Positions 29,625 through 40,102 of a stretch of 58,687 nt of DNA are shown in pieces. The translations under genes were made by a program, and so were the position numbers. The notes beneath the pieces were generated by a model that saw nothing but the letters and a program-made list of their open reading frames with translations, did not search any database and was not told the origin of the DNA. Source of the stretch: a virus (Duplodnaviria > Heunggongvirae > Uroviricota > Caudoviricetes); IMG/VR virus record IMGVR_UViG_2834277561_000001, positions 1-58,687 of that record; one strand, given 5' to 3'. Positions within the stretch are counted from its first letter, which is position 1; each line of letters opens with the position of its first letter.

Positions 29625-32600
29625 TTATCTATTTTTACCGCTTGATCGACTCAAGTCTTTTCGCATCCGCTTCGTAAACATCGGATACATGATATCAGAC
29701 AGTTCCTTGCCAAGATGTTTCAAATCCATGTCGTTACTGATACTATCAACAGTAATTTCAATATTCGGGCTGAATGTGATATCTTGATTTGTCATCTGTG
29801 TATTTGGCAGAATTCCCTGTGGATTTGCCAACTTCGTGAACTGATCCATTGTCGCAAGAGACGGTTTCAACAGTTCTGTGAATTTTTCAGTCATTACGGA
29901 TTCTCCAGGACGCGCAAAAATCATTCCTGTGTCATCACTTCGGCTCAGATATTCGCCATAAATAGAGTTGCTATCCATCGGAATTACACTATTGATAACA
30001 CCACCATTGGAGAATCCATAGCCTTTAAGCTCGTTGAAGATTTTATCTTTCCATGATTTCTTCCATTTGCTGTATGGTTGTTTGATGATGTAATTATGTC
30101 CAAGGATTCTCGCCACTTCTTCAAAATCCTTTTGCCGGACATTCTTACCTTTTTTCCAAAAATAAGTATAGAAATCATGATGTTTCTCTTTTAACTTTGT
30201 TTTGTCTACATCACCACCAACCCCTTTATACCATTGTTGTAATGCAGACTTTTTCGCATTGTATTCTTTCATGCTTTCAGATAGATTATTATTTAGCTGC
30301 GCATTTTGCTGTCCAGATGTTCCCGATTCAGAAAGATCATTTGCGCTTGGATTAGCATTACTGTAATCTTTTGTGGCATTTGCCCCAGTACTGGAAGAAT
30401 TAGCTGCATTCTTAGTATACTGGTCTGCCTGATTCTTATCAGTACGCTGATTGTCAACACCCTCACCAGAAGCAGTGACCGAAGGACTTACCTTCTTTAC
30501 TTCTTCGCTGGTCAGTTTCGCTTTTGTGATAATCTCATCAAAGGATTCAGAAACGGAATATCCTGTATTCTTTATGATTTCTTCAATCTGCTCATAAGCA
30601 TCGGAATAAGATTTCTGTGTTTCCTTGAGCATATTGTCGATGATGGACTTCTGCAAGTCAGAATTGGATTTTACCGCCTGAGTAGTCTTATCCAACGTAT
30701 CGTTTGCCTGATCCGACAGGTTTTCGTAACCCTTTTCTTCCATCTCGATCTGATGCTGATATTTTGTATCGGCAAGGTCATCTTCTTTATCTTTCAGGTC
30801 GGCTTTAAGCTGTTCAAGACGGGCTTTGGCAGACGCATTTGTTGTTCCTTCGAGGGCTGCAATCTGTGCTTTTATTGTATCGATATCTTTGTTTTTACTC
30901 TTAAGCGTTTTATCGTAATCATAATAATCTTTTTTCGCAGTAAGAGCTGTTTTTCGTTTATTGATATTTTCCTGTAGATAATCGTTCTCTTTGGAAATCT
31001 GGTCAAGATATACCTGCATCAAACTCTGCTGATAAGAATAGATTGCCTTGGATGATTTCTGGATATCGCTGTTGATATCTTTGATGTACTGTTTGTACTG
31101 GTCTTCAGTAAGTAGATCGTTGTCATACATTTGCTGAATAGTTTCCAATTGTGCTTTATCATTCGCAAGCTGCTGTTTTGTGGCTTCGGAAGCTTTATTC
31201 AGCAACGCAATATTGGCAAGTCCCTGTTTGGTCATGGAACCGTCATCATTCATAAATGTATCGGAATCCATCATGTCGCGGAGATTATCAAGGTCTGTTA
31301 CAAGAAGTTCAATCGTATCCCTTGCATCTTCAAGCGGTTTGAACCGAAGCTCTACGAGAGATTCCTTCAAGTCCGCGGTATCATTGTTTGCTTCCAAGAT
31401 ATTCTTATTAACATCCGCAAGCTGCTTCGCATATTCCTGATATTTCGGAGAATCGACACTTACTTTCGCCATTTCGGTCAGAATGAGGTCTTTCTGATGT
31501 TGATATGCAAGAATAGTCTTGTCGTTGACTTTCATCGCCTCTACATAATCATTCTCCGTTACGTTTCCATAATTACTATGCTTATAGCTGTTTTTCTCCT
31601 TAAAATCACGGTAAGAGGAGAGAGCATCGGACGCACGGGTGTATTTATCTACTTCATTCTCCGCCATAGTCATGTTCAGCTCGGCAAGCTTATTCGTGTT
31701 TTCGGCAGTTGTCTTCTCATTCTCATAGAATGTATTTTTCAACTCTTCAATCTGAGAAAGAGTTTCCTTTGCAAATGTAGAATCAGCACCATATTTTTTA
31801 ACAATATTACCATATTCTTTAGTCAGGGCGGAAATCTCATCCTTATAATAAGTCCGCATCTGGTTCCCATTGTCTACTTTTTGCTGAACTGCATTATAGT
31901 AGTCAGAGCCGATCACCTGGGATGCTCCGATTTCTTCGCGCCAAGAATTCAAACCGTCAAGAGAATCATTCGCTTTGGAATATACACCAATCAGGGCATC
32001 ATAACGGGTCGTGATGTTGTCCAGTTTCTGCTTATATAGTTCCTTTTCCTTGGTCTTCAGTTCCTCAATCTGCTTTTTACAGTTTAGGATTTTGTCGTAC
32101 CATTTCTGGTATGCATCAACTTTCTGTTTATTGACCGCGGAAAGACTCTCTATATTAACAGTACCGTTCTGGACTTTCTTCTTCAGCTTGGAAGATAAGC
32201 CGATTTTTTTCGCATACTGGTCGGATTTCTTCGTATACATCTTCTCGGCTTGCCGATACTTGCTGATTAAAGTTTCAGTAGTAGAAATAGAGTTATTAGC
32301 ATAACTGTTCTGCTTGTTATAGTCATAAGTATTGTCAGATTTCGCCTTGTTCAGGTCAATGATACCTTGAAGCTTTGTAACAACACGCTCAAACCAGTCT
32401 TTTACATTCTTCCACGGGTCTGTCCATTTACTAGAGTCTTTAGCTGCTTTGGATACATCTTTCGCAGCTTTATCGACTGCTTTGGTGGTTTTATCTGTGG
32501 ATTTGGTATTGCCATATTTAGGACTAGCAAGACCACCTTGAAATTTTAATGTCGCACCACCAACATCAGCATGAGCCGGAGCAATAGATTTAAGTGAACC

Positions 32601-35600
32601 ATGAGCAAAAGCACGAGCAGTTCCCGTAGCTTTACCATGATTAATTAAATCAGAAGTTTGTCTAGCATTTAAGACAATATCTCCACGTTTTAATGCTTGA
32701 GTATGCATTCCAGGAGGAAGCATAAGCCATCTATCTCCACGAATAATAGATTCTTGTCCTAACTCGTTCACAAGTGCAGTTTCATTATGATCTAATGCGA
32801 TTTTACCATTGGCATACGCACTACCATAATTCACTGTATTATAATAGGTAGATCCCGAATAAATGGTTCCTGTGGCATGTGCCGGAGAAGAAGCAGGAGA
32901 ATTCATTGTTCCAGAAGCTTTATGTGGTTGAGCAACTGATCCTAATGTATAATTAATTGTTCCCGTCGCAACTATTCCAGTCGGAACAGCAACACTACCC
33001 AAATCATAATTAATTGTACCTGTAGATATCTCACCATCAGCTTTCTGTACAGTTCCTTTTTCATAGTTGATCGTTCCTTCAGATGTTTCACCGTCAGCCT
33101 TTTCTACATTACCCTTCTTATAATCAATCGTTCCCGAAGAGGTATTACCCGTAGTGGCATCTTCGACTTCAGCTTTGTAATAAACCACTCCTCCCTGTAT
33201 ATCTGGAGTGTCAGGGGATTCAACTTCTGATTTAAAAGTGACAGGAGTTCCTTCTATAGCAGATAAATCGGGTTCTTGAGGTTGTTCTACTTCTGATGGA
33301 ATTTCTACAGGAGTTGATTCTATATTTGAAGTATCGGGTTCTTGAGGCTGTTCTACTTCTGATGGAATTTCAACCTTCTCCCCAGTAATAGCATTAATCA
33401 ATGCAACAAACTGAGTAGAATCCATGGCAACAGTTAAGTCAACTTGCTCGCCACTCATTTCACGTATTTCATCACGAACTTGATCTACCTGAGATGCGTC
33501 ACATCCAACAGTAGTCATTAATTCTTGATCAGAAAGAGTAAGCAATTCTTGAAAAGAATTTCCATTTTCAACCGCAGTCTGAATTTGGACTTGAATCTTT
33601 TGCGCTTCTAATGAAGAAATTTCCGTGTCTAAAGTATTAACCGCATCTTCACCATCAACAGCTACGTCTACATTTACTTTCGCATCTTGTAATTCTTTGA
33701 TTTTAGAATCAATCTGATCAAGAGACATAGTTGTTTTATCATAGTCAAAATCAATTCCTGATAAAGTAGAAGAAGTTGATGAGGATTTTTCTTTAAGCTG
33801 TTCTTGTGCGGTTTTTCCATCTCCGGTAACGTTTAAATTATCGTCAACGGTAATTCCTGCGGCTGCGGCTTTCTCTTTTGCCATGTTTCTATAAGAATCC
33901 GCAAGAGCTTTATTATTTGCATTTTCAGCTGCCTGAACCTGCTCCTGGATGTTCTTGATTTCATCCGCGGCGGTTTTTATTTTCTTTTGTTGTGCTTCAG
34001 AACCTAGATTATGCTCGGCATAATAATCCATGCTTTCTTGTAACCCGTCAATCTGTTGCTTATACTTCGCAACCTCGTCCTCGGCGGCTTTTATCGCAGT
34101 GGTATTATATATCGGGTCTTTACCATCTTTTTGCGCCTGGGCATTTTCTTCATTCATCTGATCCAGACGTGCTTTAGCCTCAGACCAGTTCTTAGTTGCT
34201 TCGGTTGCCTTTAAAATACCATCCTGCATATCGGAGATAACAGTAGTAGTAGCACCGTAATCTTCGGCACGTCCAAACAATGCTTCTACAACAGGTGTTC
34301 CTGTGCCAAGTTTCTGTGCGACTTCTCCGAGATCATGAGTATTAAGTTCCCATGACTGTGTTTCTTCGTTGAAACTTGCCATTGCCTGTCCAGCGGCATC
34401 AGTTTTGGTACTAAGGTCTTCGAAGAAATGAACAAGACCGGATTCATCAGATGTGAGGTATCTTGCGGCTTTCGCGTAGTTTTCGGCAAAGTTGAAAGGA
34501 TCAGTTGCTCCAGAAGGAGATATCATTTTTGCAAATGATTTAAAATCATCTGTTCCGATTTCACCAGCGTCCCACGCTTTCTTTGCGGTATCTAATCCGG
34601 AAACCATTGACAAATATTTGTCGCCTGAGTTTTCGGTTTGTGTTGCACGTTGCCATTCGGCATAATCGGAGAATAGTTGTTTCTGCTGTTGATACTGGGC
34701 GTAGTATTGAGACTGAGCCTGTTGCATCTCCGCAAGTTGTTCTTGGGCGGTTTTTAAATTATCCTGCGCATCTGTGTATTCGTCAGTACCCTTTTTAACC
34801 GTTTCAAGAGCTTTTGATTGCTCGTTAATCACATCATTTTGTTTTTGGATTGATTCTGCAAAATCCTTTTCCTTAATCTGATGCTGAATATCCAGCAAAT
34901 CTTCAAGTCTATCATTATCCAGTTTTACACCCTTGGATGTATTTGTGAATAATGCATTTAAATCATAGTCTTTCAGCTCGTCAGAACTATCAATTATACT
35001 TTGAAGTCCATTTTTCAGTGTGGAAATAGAATCAGCTGTTAATCCAGTATCGGACATTGATTCAGAAATAGCGGAAGAGATATTAGAATACTGTGTCTGA
35101 ATATCTTTTACATTACCCTGTAGACCAGATAATAAATTATCTCCGGAAACAGTATTTTTAGTTTTTTCAATTGCCGCCTGTAATTCGGCAAAAGTTCCCG
35201 AAAAATCATCCTTGGCAACCAAATCATATGCAATCTGTCTATCTTCACCTGTAAGATTTTCAATTTGACTAGTGGCATTTTCTAATCCTGGAGCTTTTTT
35301 GATGGCATCCAGCTGTCTTTGATTTTCGTCAATAATAGAAGTTAAACCGAAATTATCTTTCCATTTTTGTTGTAAATCCTTATCATTAGGAAACGCCTTT
35401 TCTAATGCAGTATTTACCTGTTTCGCATAATCGACAGCAGTTGTTTTCGCCTGATCAATATCAAAAACATCCGCTAATGCTTTTTGGGAATCTTTTGAAA
35501 GGTTAGATAATGGCGTAATAAACTGATCATACATGAACTGTACAGCATCGCCATCATATTCTTTGGACAATTTCGAAATATCTATATTACCAAGATTTTT

Positions 35601-36986
35601 CAATAAAGCATTTTGAATATTAGAATCCAATTTATCAAAAGAATCTGTAGTCTGTAAATATTGTCCAAGAGAATCAGACATGCTTTTCCATTGATCAGCT
35701 ATAAGTGCAGAAGTCGATGCTGATTTATTCGCCGCCTCTGTTGCCTGAGTTGCAAATTTACTCGATAAATCATTTGAAAAAGTATCTAGTTGTTTTGTGA
35801 CATCATCAATTTGCTGTGATGTAGCTTCCATTACTTCAAAAGATGTTCTCTGCGTAACATTGCCAGATTTATCTACATCGGTATAAGAATAAGGTTCGTA
35901 GTTTTTTATACCAGATTTTTTTAAGGCTTGCTCAATCTTACTATAATATTCCGCATATAAATCATCGCCAAGAACAGCAGAATCTATATCTATAGTGCTG
36001 GCATTTTTTAAATTGTTAGATAGTCCAGATACTTTTAATTGGTCTATATTTGCTTGCGCTTTTTCTTGTTGCTTATTGTAACCATCTACTTGTTTTTGGT
36101 ATTTTGCTACTTGTGTAGTAACCCCTTTAAACTGATCTTGTAACTCTAGCCCAATATTTACATGAGATGACAACATTTGAGCGTCATATAAGGATTGTAT
36201 ACTTTGTGCAGCAGTTTTGGCATTCGTTCCAAGATTCAACATAGCATTGCCTTGAGAATCGATGCCAGACTGAAGCTGTGGATATAATGACGCTAATTGA
36301 TTAGAAAGATCTAAATATGTCTGATAATCATCGTCAGTCAAAGACATATTTGCATTAGTTTTAGAATTTACACCTTTAGCTAATTCCGCGTATTTATCTG
36401 CAACAGAAGAAATCGCATCACTAGTATTTGTAATCTGAGTTTCTGTTTTATTAAAGGACTGTCCTAGAGTATTTAAAGTAGTTTTACCATTGGAGAACTC
36501 ATCAAAAGTATTTTTGATAGTGCTTTGTGCTTCTTGACCTTTATCAATCGCAATTTGGTCACGATTAATCCAATCACTTATACCTTGAACTGCAAGACTA
36601 ATTCCGGTTCCAATAAGCATATCAAGTCCCGCATTGCCTATTGATGCAAGTGCGGTTTTACCAAATGATTTTACACCAGACTTGAGATCGTCCATAAAGG
36701 TGGTTGTTTTAACTGCCTGTTCTCCACCTTTTACAAGTTCATCGTTGAAATCTTTTAAATTGATTCTTGCCCCACGGATTTCTTTTGAGGTATCTTTGTA
36801 CTTATCAGCATACTTATCTAAATTTTTTCCATAAGCTCGTTTAAACTCATCACTAATATCTAAGCCTTTATATAATTCATCTTTTAAATTAGCGCCTTCA
36901 CCTGCATTTGCTAAATTGCCTAATACAGATTCTAATGTGTTTTTAGTATTTTTTCTGTTCTGATAATTTTGGAGTATTCCACTTAT
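29625..36986 (-). CDS. Tape measure protein, exon 2
   Basis: Frame is open upstream of the track ATG (36695) to the 3' splice site (ATA AGT GGA...); long coiled coil, ALVNELG.E, GFSNGG; 2454 codons including stop. Confidence 0.88.
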   Translation of the reverse strand: MSGILQNYQNRKNTKNTLESVLGNLANAGEGANLKDELYKGLDISDEFKRAYGKNLDKYADKYKDTSKEIRGARINLKDFNDELVKGGEQAVKTTTFMDDLKSGVKSFGKTALASIGNAGLDMLIGTGISLAVQGISDWINRDQIAIDKGQEAQSTIKNTFDEFSNGKTTLNTLGQSFNKTETQITNTSDAISSVADKYAELAKGVNSKTNANMSLTDDDYQTYLDLSNQLASLYPQLQSGIDSQGNAMLNLGTNAKTAAQSIQSLYDAQMLSSHVNIGLELQDQFKGVTTQVAKYQKQVDGYNKQQEKAQANIDQLKVSGLSNNLKNASTIDIDSAVLGDDLYAEYYSKIEQALKKSGIKNYEPYSYTDVDKSGNVTQRTSFEVMEATSQQIDDVTKQLDTFSNDLSSKFATQATEAANKSASTSALIADQWKSMSDSLGQYLQTTDSFDKLDSNIQNALLKNLGNIDISKLSKEYDGDAVQFMYDQFITPLSNLSKDSQKALADVFDIDQAKTTAVDYAKQVNTALEKAFPNDKDLQQKWKDNFGLTSIIDENQRQLDAIKKAPGLENATSQIENLTGEDRQIAYDLVAKDDFSGTFAELQAAIEKTKNTVSGDNLLSGLQGNVKDIQTQYSNISSAISESMSDTGLTADSISTLKNGLQSIIDSSDELKDYDLNALFTNTSKGVKLDNDRLEDLLDIQHQIKEKDFAESIQKQNDVINEQSKALETVKKGTDEYTDAQDNLKTAQEQLAEMQQAQSQYYAQYQQQKQLFSDYAEWQRATQTENSGDKYLSMVSGLDTAKKAWDAGEIGTDDFKSFAKMISPSGATDPFNFAENYAKAARYLTSDESGLVHFFEDLSTKTDAAGQAMASFNEETQSWELNTHDLGEVAQKLGTGTPVVEALFGRAEDYGATTTVISDMQDGILKATEATKNWSEAKARLDQMNEENAQAQKDGKDPIYNTTAIKAAEDEVAKYKQQIDGLQESMDYYAEHNLGSEAQQKKIKTAADEIKNIQEQVQAAENANNKALADSYRNMAKEKAAAAGITVDDNLNVTGDGKTAQEQLKEKSSSTSSTLSGIDFDYDKTTMSLDQIDSKIKELQDAKVNVDVAVDGEDAVNTLDTEISSLEAQKIQVQIQTAVENGNSFQELLTLSDQELMTTVGCDASQVDQVRDEIREMSGEQVDLTVAMDSTQFVALINAITGEKVEIPSEVEQPQEPDTSNIESTPVEIPSEVEQPQEPDLSAIEGTPVTFKSEVESPDTPDIQGGVVYYKAEVEDATTGNTSSGTIDYKKGNVEKADGETSEGTINYEKGTVQKADGEISTGTINYDLGSVAVPTGIVATGTINYTLGSVAQPHKASGTMNSPASSPAHATGTIYSGSTYYNTVNYGSAYANGKIALDHNETALVNELGQESIIRGDRWLMLPPGMHTQALKRGDIVLNARQTSDLINHGKATGTARAFAHGSLKSIAPAHADVGGATLKFQGGLASPKYGNTKSTDKTTKAVDKAAKDVSKAAKDSSKWTDPWKNVKDWFERVVTKLQGIIDLNKAKSDNTYDYNKQNSYANNSISTTETLISKYRQAEKMYTKKSDQYAKKIGLSSKLKKKVQNGTVNIESLSAVNKQKVDAYQKWYDKILNCKKQIEELKTKEKELYKQKLDNITTRYDALIGVYSKANDSLDGLNSWREEIGASQVIGSDYYNAVQQKVDNGNQMRTYYKDEISALTKEYGNIVKKYGADSTFAKETLSQIEELKNTFYENEKTTAENTNKLAELNMTMAENEVDKYTRASDALSSYRDFKEKNSYKHSNYGNVTENDYVEAMKVNDKTILAYQHQKDLILTEMAKVSVDSPKYQEYAKQLADVNKNILEANNDTADLKESLVELRFKPLEDARDTIELLVTDLDNLRDMMDSDTFMNDDGSMTKQGLANIALLNKASEATKQQLANDKAQLETIQQMYDNDLLTEDQYKQYIKDINSDIQKSSKAIYSYQQSLMQVYLDQISKENDYLQENINKRKTALTAKKDYYDYDKTLKSKNKDIDTIKAQIAALEGTTNASAKARLEQLKADLKDKEDDLADTKYQHQIEMEEKGYENLSDQANDTLDKTTQAVKSNSDLQKSIIDNMLKETQKSYSDAYEQIEEIIKNTGYSVSESFDEIITKAKLTSEEVKKVSPSVTASGEGVDNQRTDKNQADQYTKNAANSSSTGANATKDYSNANPSANDLSESGTSGQQNAQLNNNLSESMKEYNAKKSALQQWYKGVGGDVDKTKLKEKHHDFYTYFWKKGKNVRQKDFEEVARILGHNYIIKQPYSKWKKSWKDKIFNELKGYGFSNGGVINSVIPMDSNSIYGEYLSRSDDTGMIFARPGESVMTEKFTELLKPSLATMDQFTKLANPQGILPNTQMTNQDITFSPNIEITVDSISNDMDLKHLGKELSDIMYPMFTKRMRKDLSRSSGKNR
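33267..33371. repeat. Tandem 66-bp-period repeat in TMP (VEIPSEVEQPQEPD x2)
   Basis: atcgggttcttgaggYtgttctacttctgatggaatttc occurs twice; four GTI(N/D)Y repeats lie nearby at ~32950-33145. Confidence 0.8.
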
Positions 36987-37067
36987 CTGCGAAAAATATT
37001 TTTTGGATAATATTGTATACAGAAAAAAACTTATATGCTAAAATAAAAAGAAAAAGGATGTGATTAC

Positions 37068-37220
37068 ATGACGGCGGTAGTATTAGTAGTCCTTATATTA
37101 ATTTTTGGAACTTTAGCAGAAGTAGGAAAATCAGGTTCTACAGATTTAGGTAGTATGTTACTCGTTATTGGAGTACCAGTTGGTATCTTTTTAATTCTTG
37201 CTTTACTCGGCGTAAGATAA
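37068..37220 (+). CDS. 50-aa two-TM membrane protein (intron cargo; absent from the ORF track)
   Basis: AAAGGATGTG SD, ATG, MTAVVLVVLILIFGTLAEVGKSGSTDLGSMLLVIGVPVGIFLILALLGVR*; TGcTAAAAT extended -10 upstream. Confidence 0.65.
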   Translation: MTAVVLVVLILIFGTLAEVGKSGSTDLGSMLLVIGVPVGIFLILALLGVR

Positions 37221-37262
37221 GACTGATGTCCTACAAAATGTAGTCATATAAAGGAGATATAT

Positions 37263-37841
37263 ATGAATATAAATGAAAAATGCCCAAACTGTAGACAAAA
37301 AGGGCATCTCAGCTATCTTAACATATATGGGCAAACTATTATAAAATGTATGACATGTGGCTCATTATACAATCAAGATGGTAGTAAATATGTTTTTCCA
37401 AAAACTTTCTGTTATATTTGCCCGAAATGTGGAAACGATTATGTCTACCCTGAGAATTATGCCCACACTTGTAAAAAATGTGGTTATCCGAATATGATTA
37501 AAACAGAATTCACAGGAGATGAACATACGAAACTTGCAATGGACAACGACGAAAAGTTTGAGAAATTTTTGTCCCATCTTCGAGAAAAATATGTTGTTGA
37601 TAATCCGGATTTAGATAAAGAACTCTATCAAGAAACATTGGATAAGGAATTCCAAGACTCTTTGTTGAATTCTGTAGAAGAAGAGGAGTATGAAGAACCA
37701 AAGATACATTGCCCGAAATGTAACTCGACTAATATTACAACTGGTCAGCGCGGGTATTCATTCTGGACTGGATTTCTCGGTTCCGGCAAAACAATGAACC
37801 GTTGTGGTAATTGCGGCTATAAATGGACACCTGGAAAATAA
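37263..37841 (+). CDS. Multi zinc-ribbon protein (intron cargo)
   Basis: AAGGAG SD; three CxxC...CxxC pairs; C-terminal CPKC.STNI...RGYS..TG..GS.K..NRC.NCGYKW seen in prophage morons. Confidence 0.8.
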   Translation: MNINEKCPNCRQKGHLSYLNIYGQTIIKCMTCGSLYNQDGSKYVFPKTFCYICPKCGNDYVYPENYAHTCKKCGYPNMIKTEFTGDEHTKLAMDNDEKFEKFLSHLREKYVVDNPDLDKELYQETLDKEFQDSLLNSVEEEEYEEPKIHCPKCNSTNITTGQRGYSFWTGFLGSGKTMNRCGNCGYKWTPGK

Positions 37842-38144
37842 TAAATAGTAATAGAGAAGGAGAGTAGTGATACTCTCCTTAAATATATAACGAGAGCATG
37901 ACAAAACCAACTCTCGTTTCAATGGTGCTTATAAAGTTGTCTTCGTGGCAAAACCTCTATTCAACCTAATACTTATAAATTCTAGCAAAACTATTTTTAT
38001 AAGTATAAGCATCACTATCGGAAATCGTTCACGATAATTTTTTATATATGGAGTGCCCGAATCTGCCGATATGATCCCCTCATCAAGTGAACCTATTTTA
38101 AATGTATAATACCAGGAGAGTTACAACTCTCTCTTTTTTTATAC

Positions 38145-38172
38145 AAAAAAAGAACAGCCCATGAAGCTGTTC
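38145..38172 (-). terminator. Minus-strand intrinsic terminator inside the intron
   Basis: GAACAGC-TTCATGG-GCTGTTC-TTTTTTT; a plus-strand terminator lies back-to-back at 38115-38140. Confidence 0.75.
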
Positions 38173-38400
38173 CAAAAAACTCAACCGTTTTTTGCTAGTA
38201 TAAGCAAAATATTCGAATTTATATTATTTCATAACAATATCCAGACAAATATCTCATCAATATACTAGAAATCGTTGTGAGCCTATAAAAATGCGTCCAT
38301 TTTCAAGCTCAAAAAAGAATACTATTGATATTGAGAAATATCAAACACTACGCAGTGACAGGACACAAACCGTGTATACGACGGGATAATATTTCTACTT
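38145..38400 (-). ncRNA. Candidate ~250-nt structured RNA downstream of the PemK-like gene (possible RNA antitoxin)
   Basis: Promoter TTGACA-17-TATATT (38435-38407) inside the last codons of the toxin gene; no ORF; several hairpins; ends at a terminator. Confidence 0.45.
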
Positions 38401-39204
38401 ATGTTTAATATATCCTTTTCCCCTATTATTGTCAACATGTTTCTTTTTATTTTTCGGTTCTGATTTTAGTCTTTGTTGTTCTAATATGTTTATTCTGAAT
38501 TTTAAATCATGAACCTGTTTCTCAAGTTCTTTATTTCTTTTTTTATATTCATCATTGTTCTTTATAAGAGATTGATGTCTTTGATGAATAGTAGGATACA
38601 TGATTTGAAATACCTGCATTTGTATATCAGACAAAACAGTATCTGAAATTGTGGTAATCTCTTTATCTATTCTAGCGCGTGAAATAAATTTTGCGTCATT
38701 GATAAGTAAAACACAATCTTTAGGGAATCCATCACTCATCAATCCTTGCCTGTATTTTTTATTCCCGTTTTTATTATTTGTAGGATGATAACTTTGTGGA
38801 AAAATATCATCACCACTTCGAATAGGAACTACTAAAAATTTATTGTCTTTAACACCAATGCATAATCCATGGTGATAATATCCCAACTCTCCGGCAAATG
38901 TATTTCCATAATCAATATAGTATGTATGTCCTATTTTTGGAATAATTTGTTTTTTATTATCATCGTAAGATACTGTCGTATGACATTTTCTCATCCAATT
39001 CATATCACTGAATAGTATAGATGCTGCGTCATACGCATTTTGTCTTTTTAACCCCTGAATGTAATTATGCATATACTGAACAGCTGCAAGCATAATTACA
39101 GAATATTTGATTGACTTATTTGTTTTATTCTTTTCGATATGCTCTGTATATCTCTTTATGTTTGTGACATCACTCCAAATCATATTCTCATGATTCATTT
39201 GCAT
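38395..39204 (-). CDS. PemK/MazF-fold endoribonuclease toxin-like protein with C-terminal coiled coil (intron cargo)
   Basis: IGHTYYIDYG..F.GELGYYHHGLCI...LVVPI.S and ..IS..RI pattern match MazF/PemK; own promoter TTGACG-17-CATAAT (39269-39241). Confidence 0.68.
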   Translation of the reverse strand: MQMNHENMIWSDVTNIKRYTEHIEKNKTNKSIKYSVIMLAAVQYMHNYIQGLKRQNAYDAASILFSDMNWMRKCHTTVSYDDNKKQIIPKIGHTYYIDYGNTFAGELGYYHHGLCIGVKDNKFLVVPIRSGDDIFPQSYHPTNNKNGNKKYRQGLMSDGFPKDCVLLINDAKFISRARIDKEITTISDTVLSDIQMQVFQIMYPTIHQRHQSLIKNNDEYKKRNKELEKQVHDLKFRINILEQQRLKSEPKNKKKHVDNNRGKGYIKHK

Positions 39205-39370
39205 ATTTTAGTTCACCATCCAATATTGTGTATTAATATTATTATGTGACAAAATATGACAAACGTCAATTCAGAACGTATGTATGGAAATAAGATAATC
39301 TAATGATTTTTGTTGACAAAACATTAATTTCATCGTATGTTGAGTATAATATATTGAAGGAGATATTAGT

Positions 39371-39634
39371 ATGAACAAAAAAGAAATTAGCAGTAATATA
39401 TCACTTGTCTATCGTGATATAGAAAATACATATTCTGATTCAAAATCTATTTTGGCTGATATTATGAAACATGCAAATGACAATTTTGAAGAAATTGAAA
39501 ATATATATCGTCTTGTTGCAATGATATCTTTTTACAAAAATAATTACAGTCAGAGAGGCGGCGAAATATTATTTGAAGAATTCTCCAAAAATATTCCGGA
39601 ATTTAGACGTATCTATAAAGTTTTTGCTTCATAA
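39371..39634 (+). CDS. Hypothetical protein (intron cargo)
   Basis: AAGGAG SD, promoter TTGACA-17-TATGTT (39313-39341), terminator GAGAGC..GCTCTC-T tract at 39664-39687. Confidence 0.7.
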   Translation: MNKKEISSNISLVYRDIENTYSDSKSILADIMKHANDNFEEIENIYRLVAMISFYKNNYSQRGGEILFEEFSKNIPEFRRIYKVFAS

Positions 39635-39703
39635 ATTCATATTTTGAATTAATACTAAATAATGAGAGCTATTTGCTCTCCTTTTTTGTTTGCAAGATTT
39701 ATC

Positions 39704-39732
39704 TTGACAATATGACACATGTGTCATAATAT
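39704..39732 (+). promoter_or_regulatory. Promoter with a perfect 18-bp palindromic operator
   Basis: TTGACA (39704) -17- TAATAT; TATGACACATGTGTCATA at 39711-39728. Confidence 0.75.
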
Positions 39733-39763
39733 ATGACTATAAAGGCATAAAGGAGGAACATAA

Positions 39764-40102
39764 ATGAGTATTAATGTCCAAAATATTGATTTATCTAAAA
39801 TGAAAAAATGGACTCCAGAATCAATTCTAAAAAAGAAACGAATAGAATCTGGTTTTACACAAAAACAAGTTGCCGATATCTTAGGAATATCTTTGCGACA
39901 GTGGCAGAGATATGAAAAAGATGACGATCTGTCATGCGTCACATTTCAAATGGGTGTAAATATTTGTGAACTTCTCAATATTGACGTGTATACTTATGTC
40001 ACTCCATTGAATGATATATTAGAACACAATCTTGCTACTCCTGGTGAAGTAGAAGAAAGTACCAAAAGAGAAATCATAAATAAATTTAAGGGAGAAATGT
40101 GA
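39764..40102 (+). CDS. XRE-family helix-turn-helix regulator (intron cargo)
   Basis: LKKKRIESGFTQKQVADILGISLRQWQRYE; AAGGAGG SD. Confidence 0.88.
   Translation: MSINVQNIDLSKMKKWTPESILKKKRIESGFTQKQVADILGISLRQWQRYEKDDDLSCVTFQMGVNICELLNIDVYTYVTPLNDILEHNLATPGEVEESTKREIINKFKGEM

Noticed and set aside
30306-32304. Plus-strand ORFs of 223, 302 and 97 aa within TMP
   Set aside because: Antisense shadows of the coiled-coil TMP frame; no SD or domain signal
38370-38379. 10-mer CCGTGTATAC shared with the tRNA-like region near 58671
   Set aside because: Too short to exceed chance in 58 kb without further support
39724-39942. 72-aa minus-strand ORF
   Set aside because: Antisense to the well-supported XRE gene
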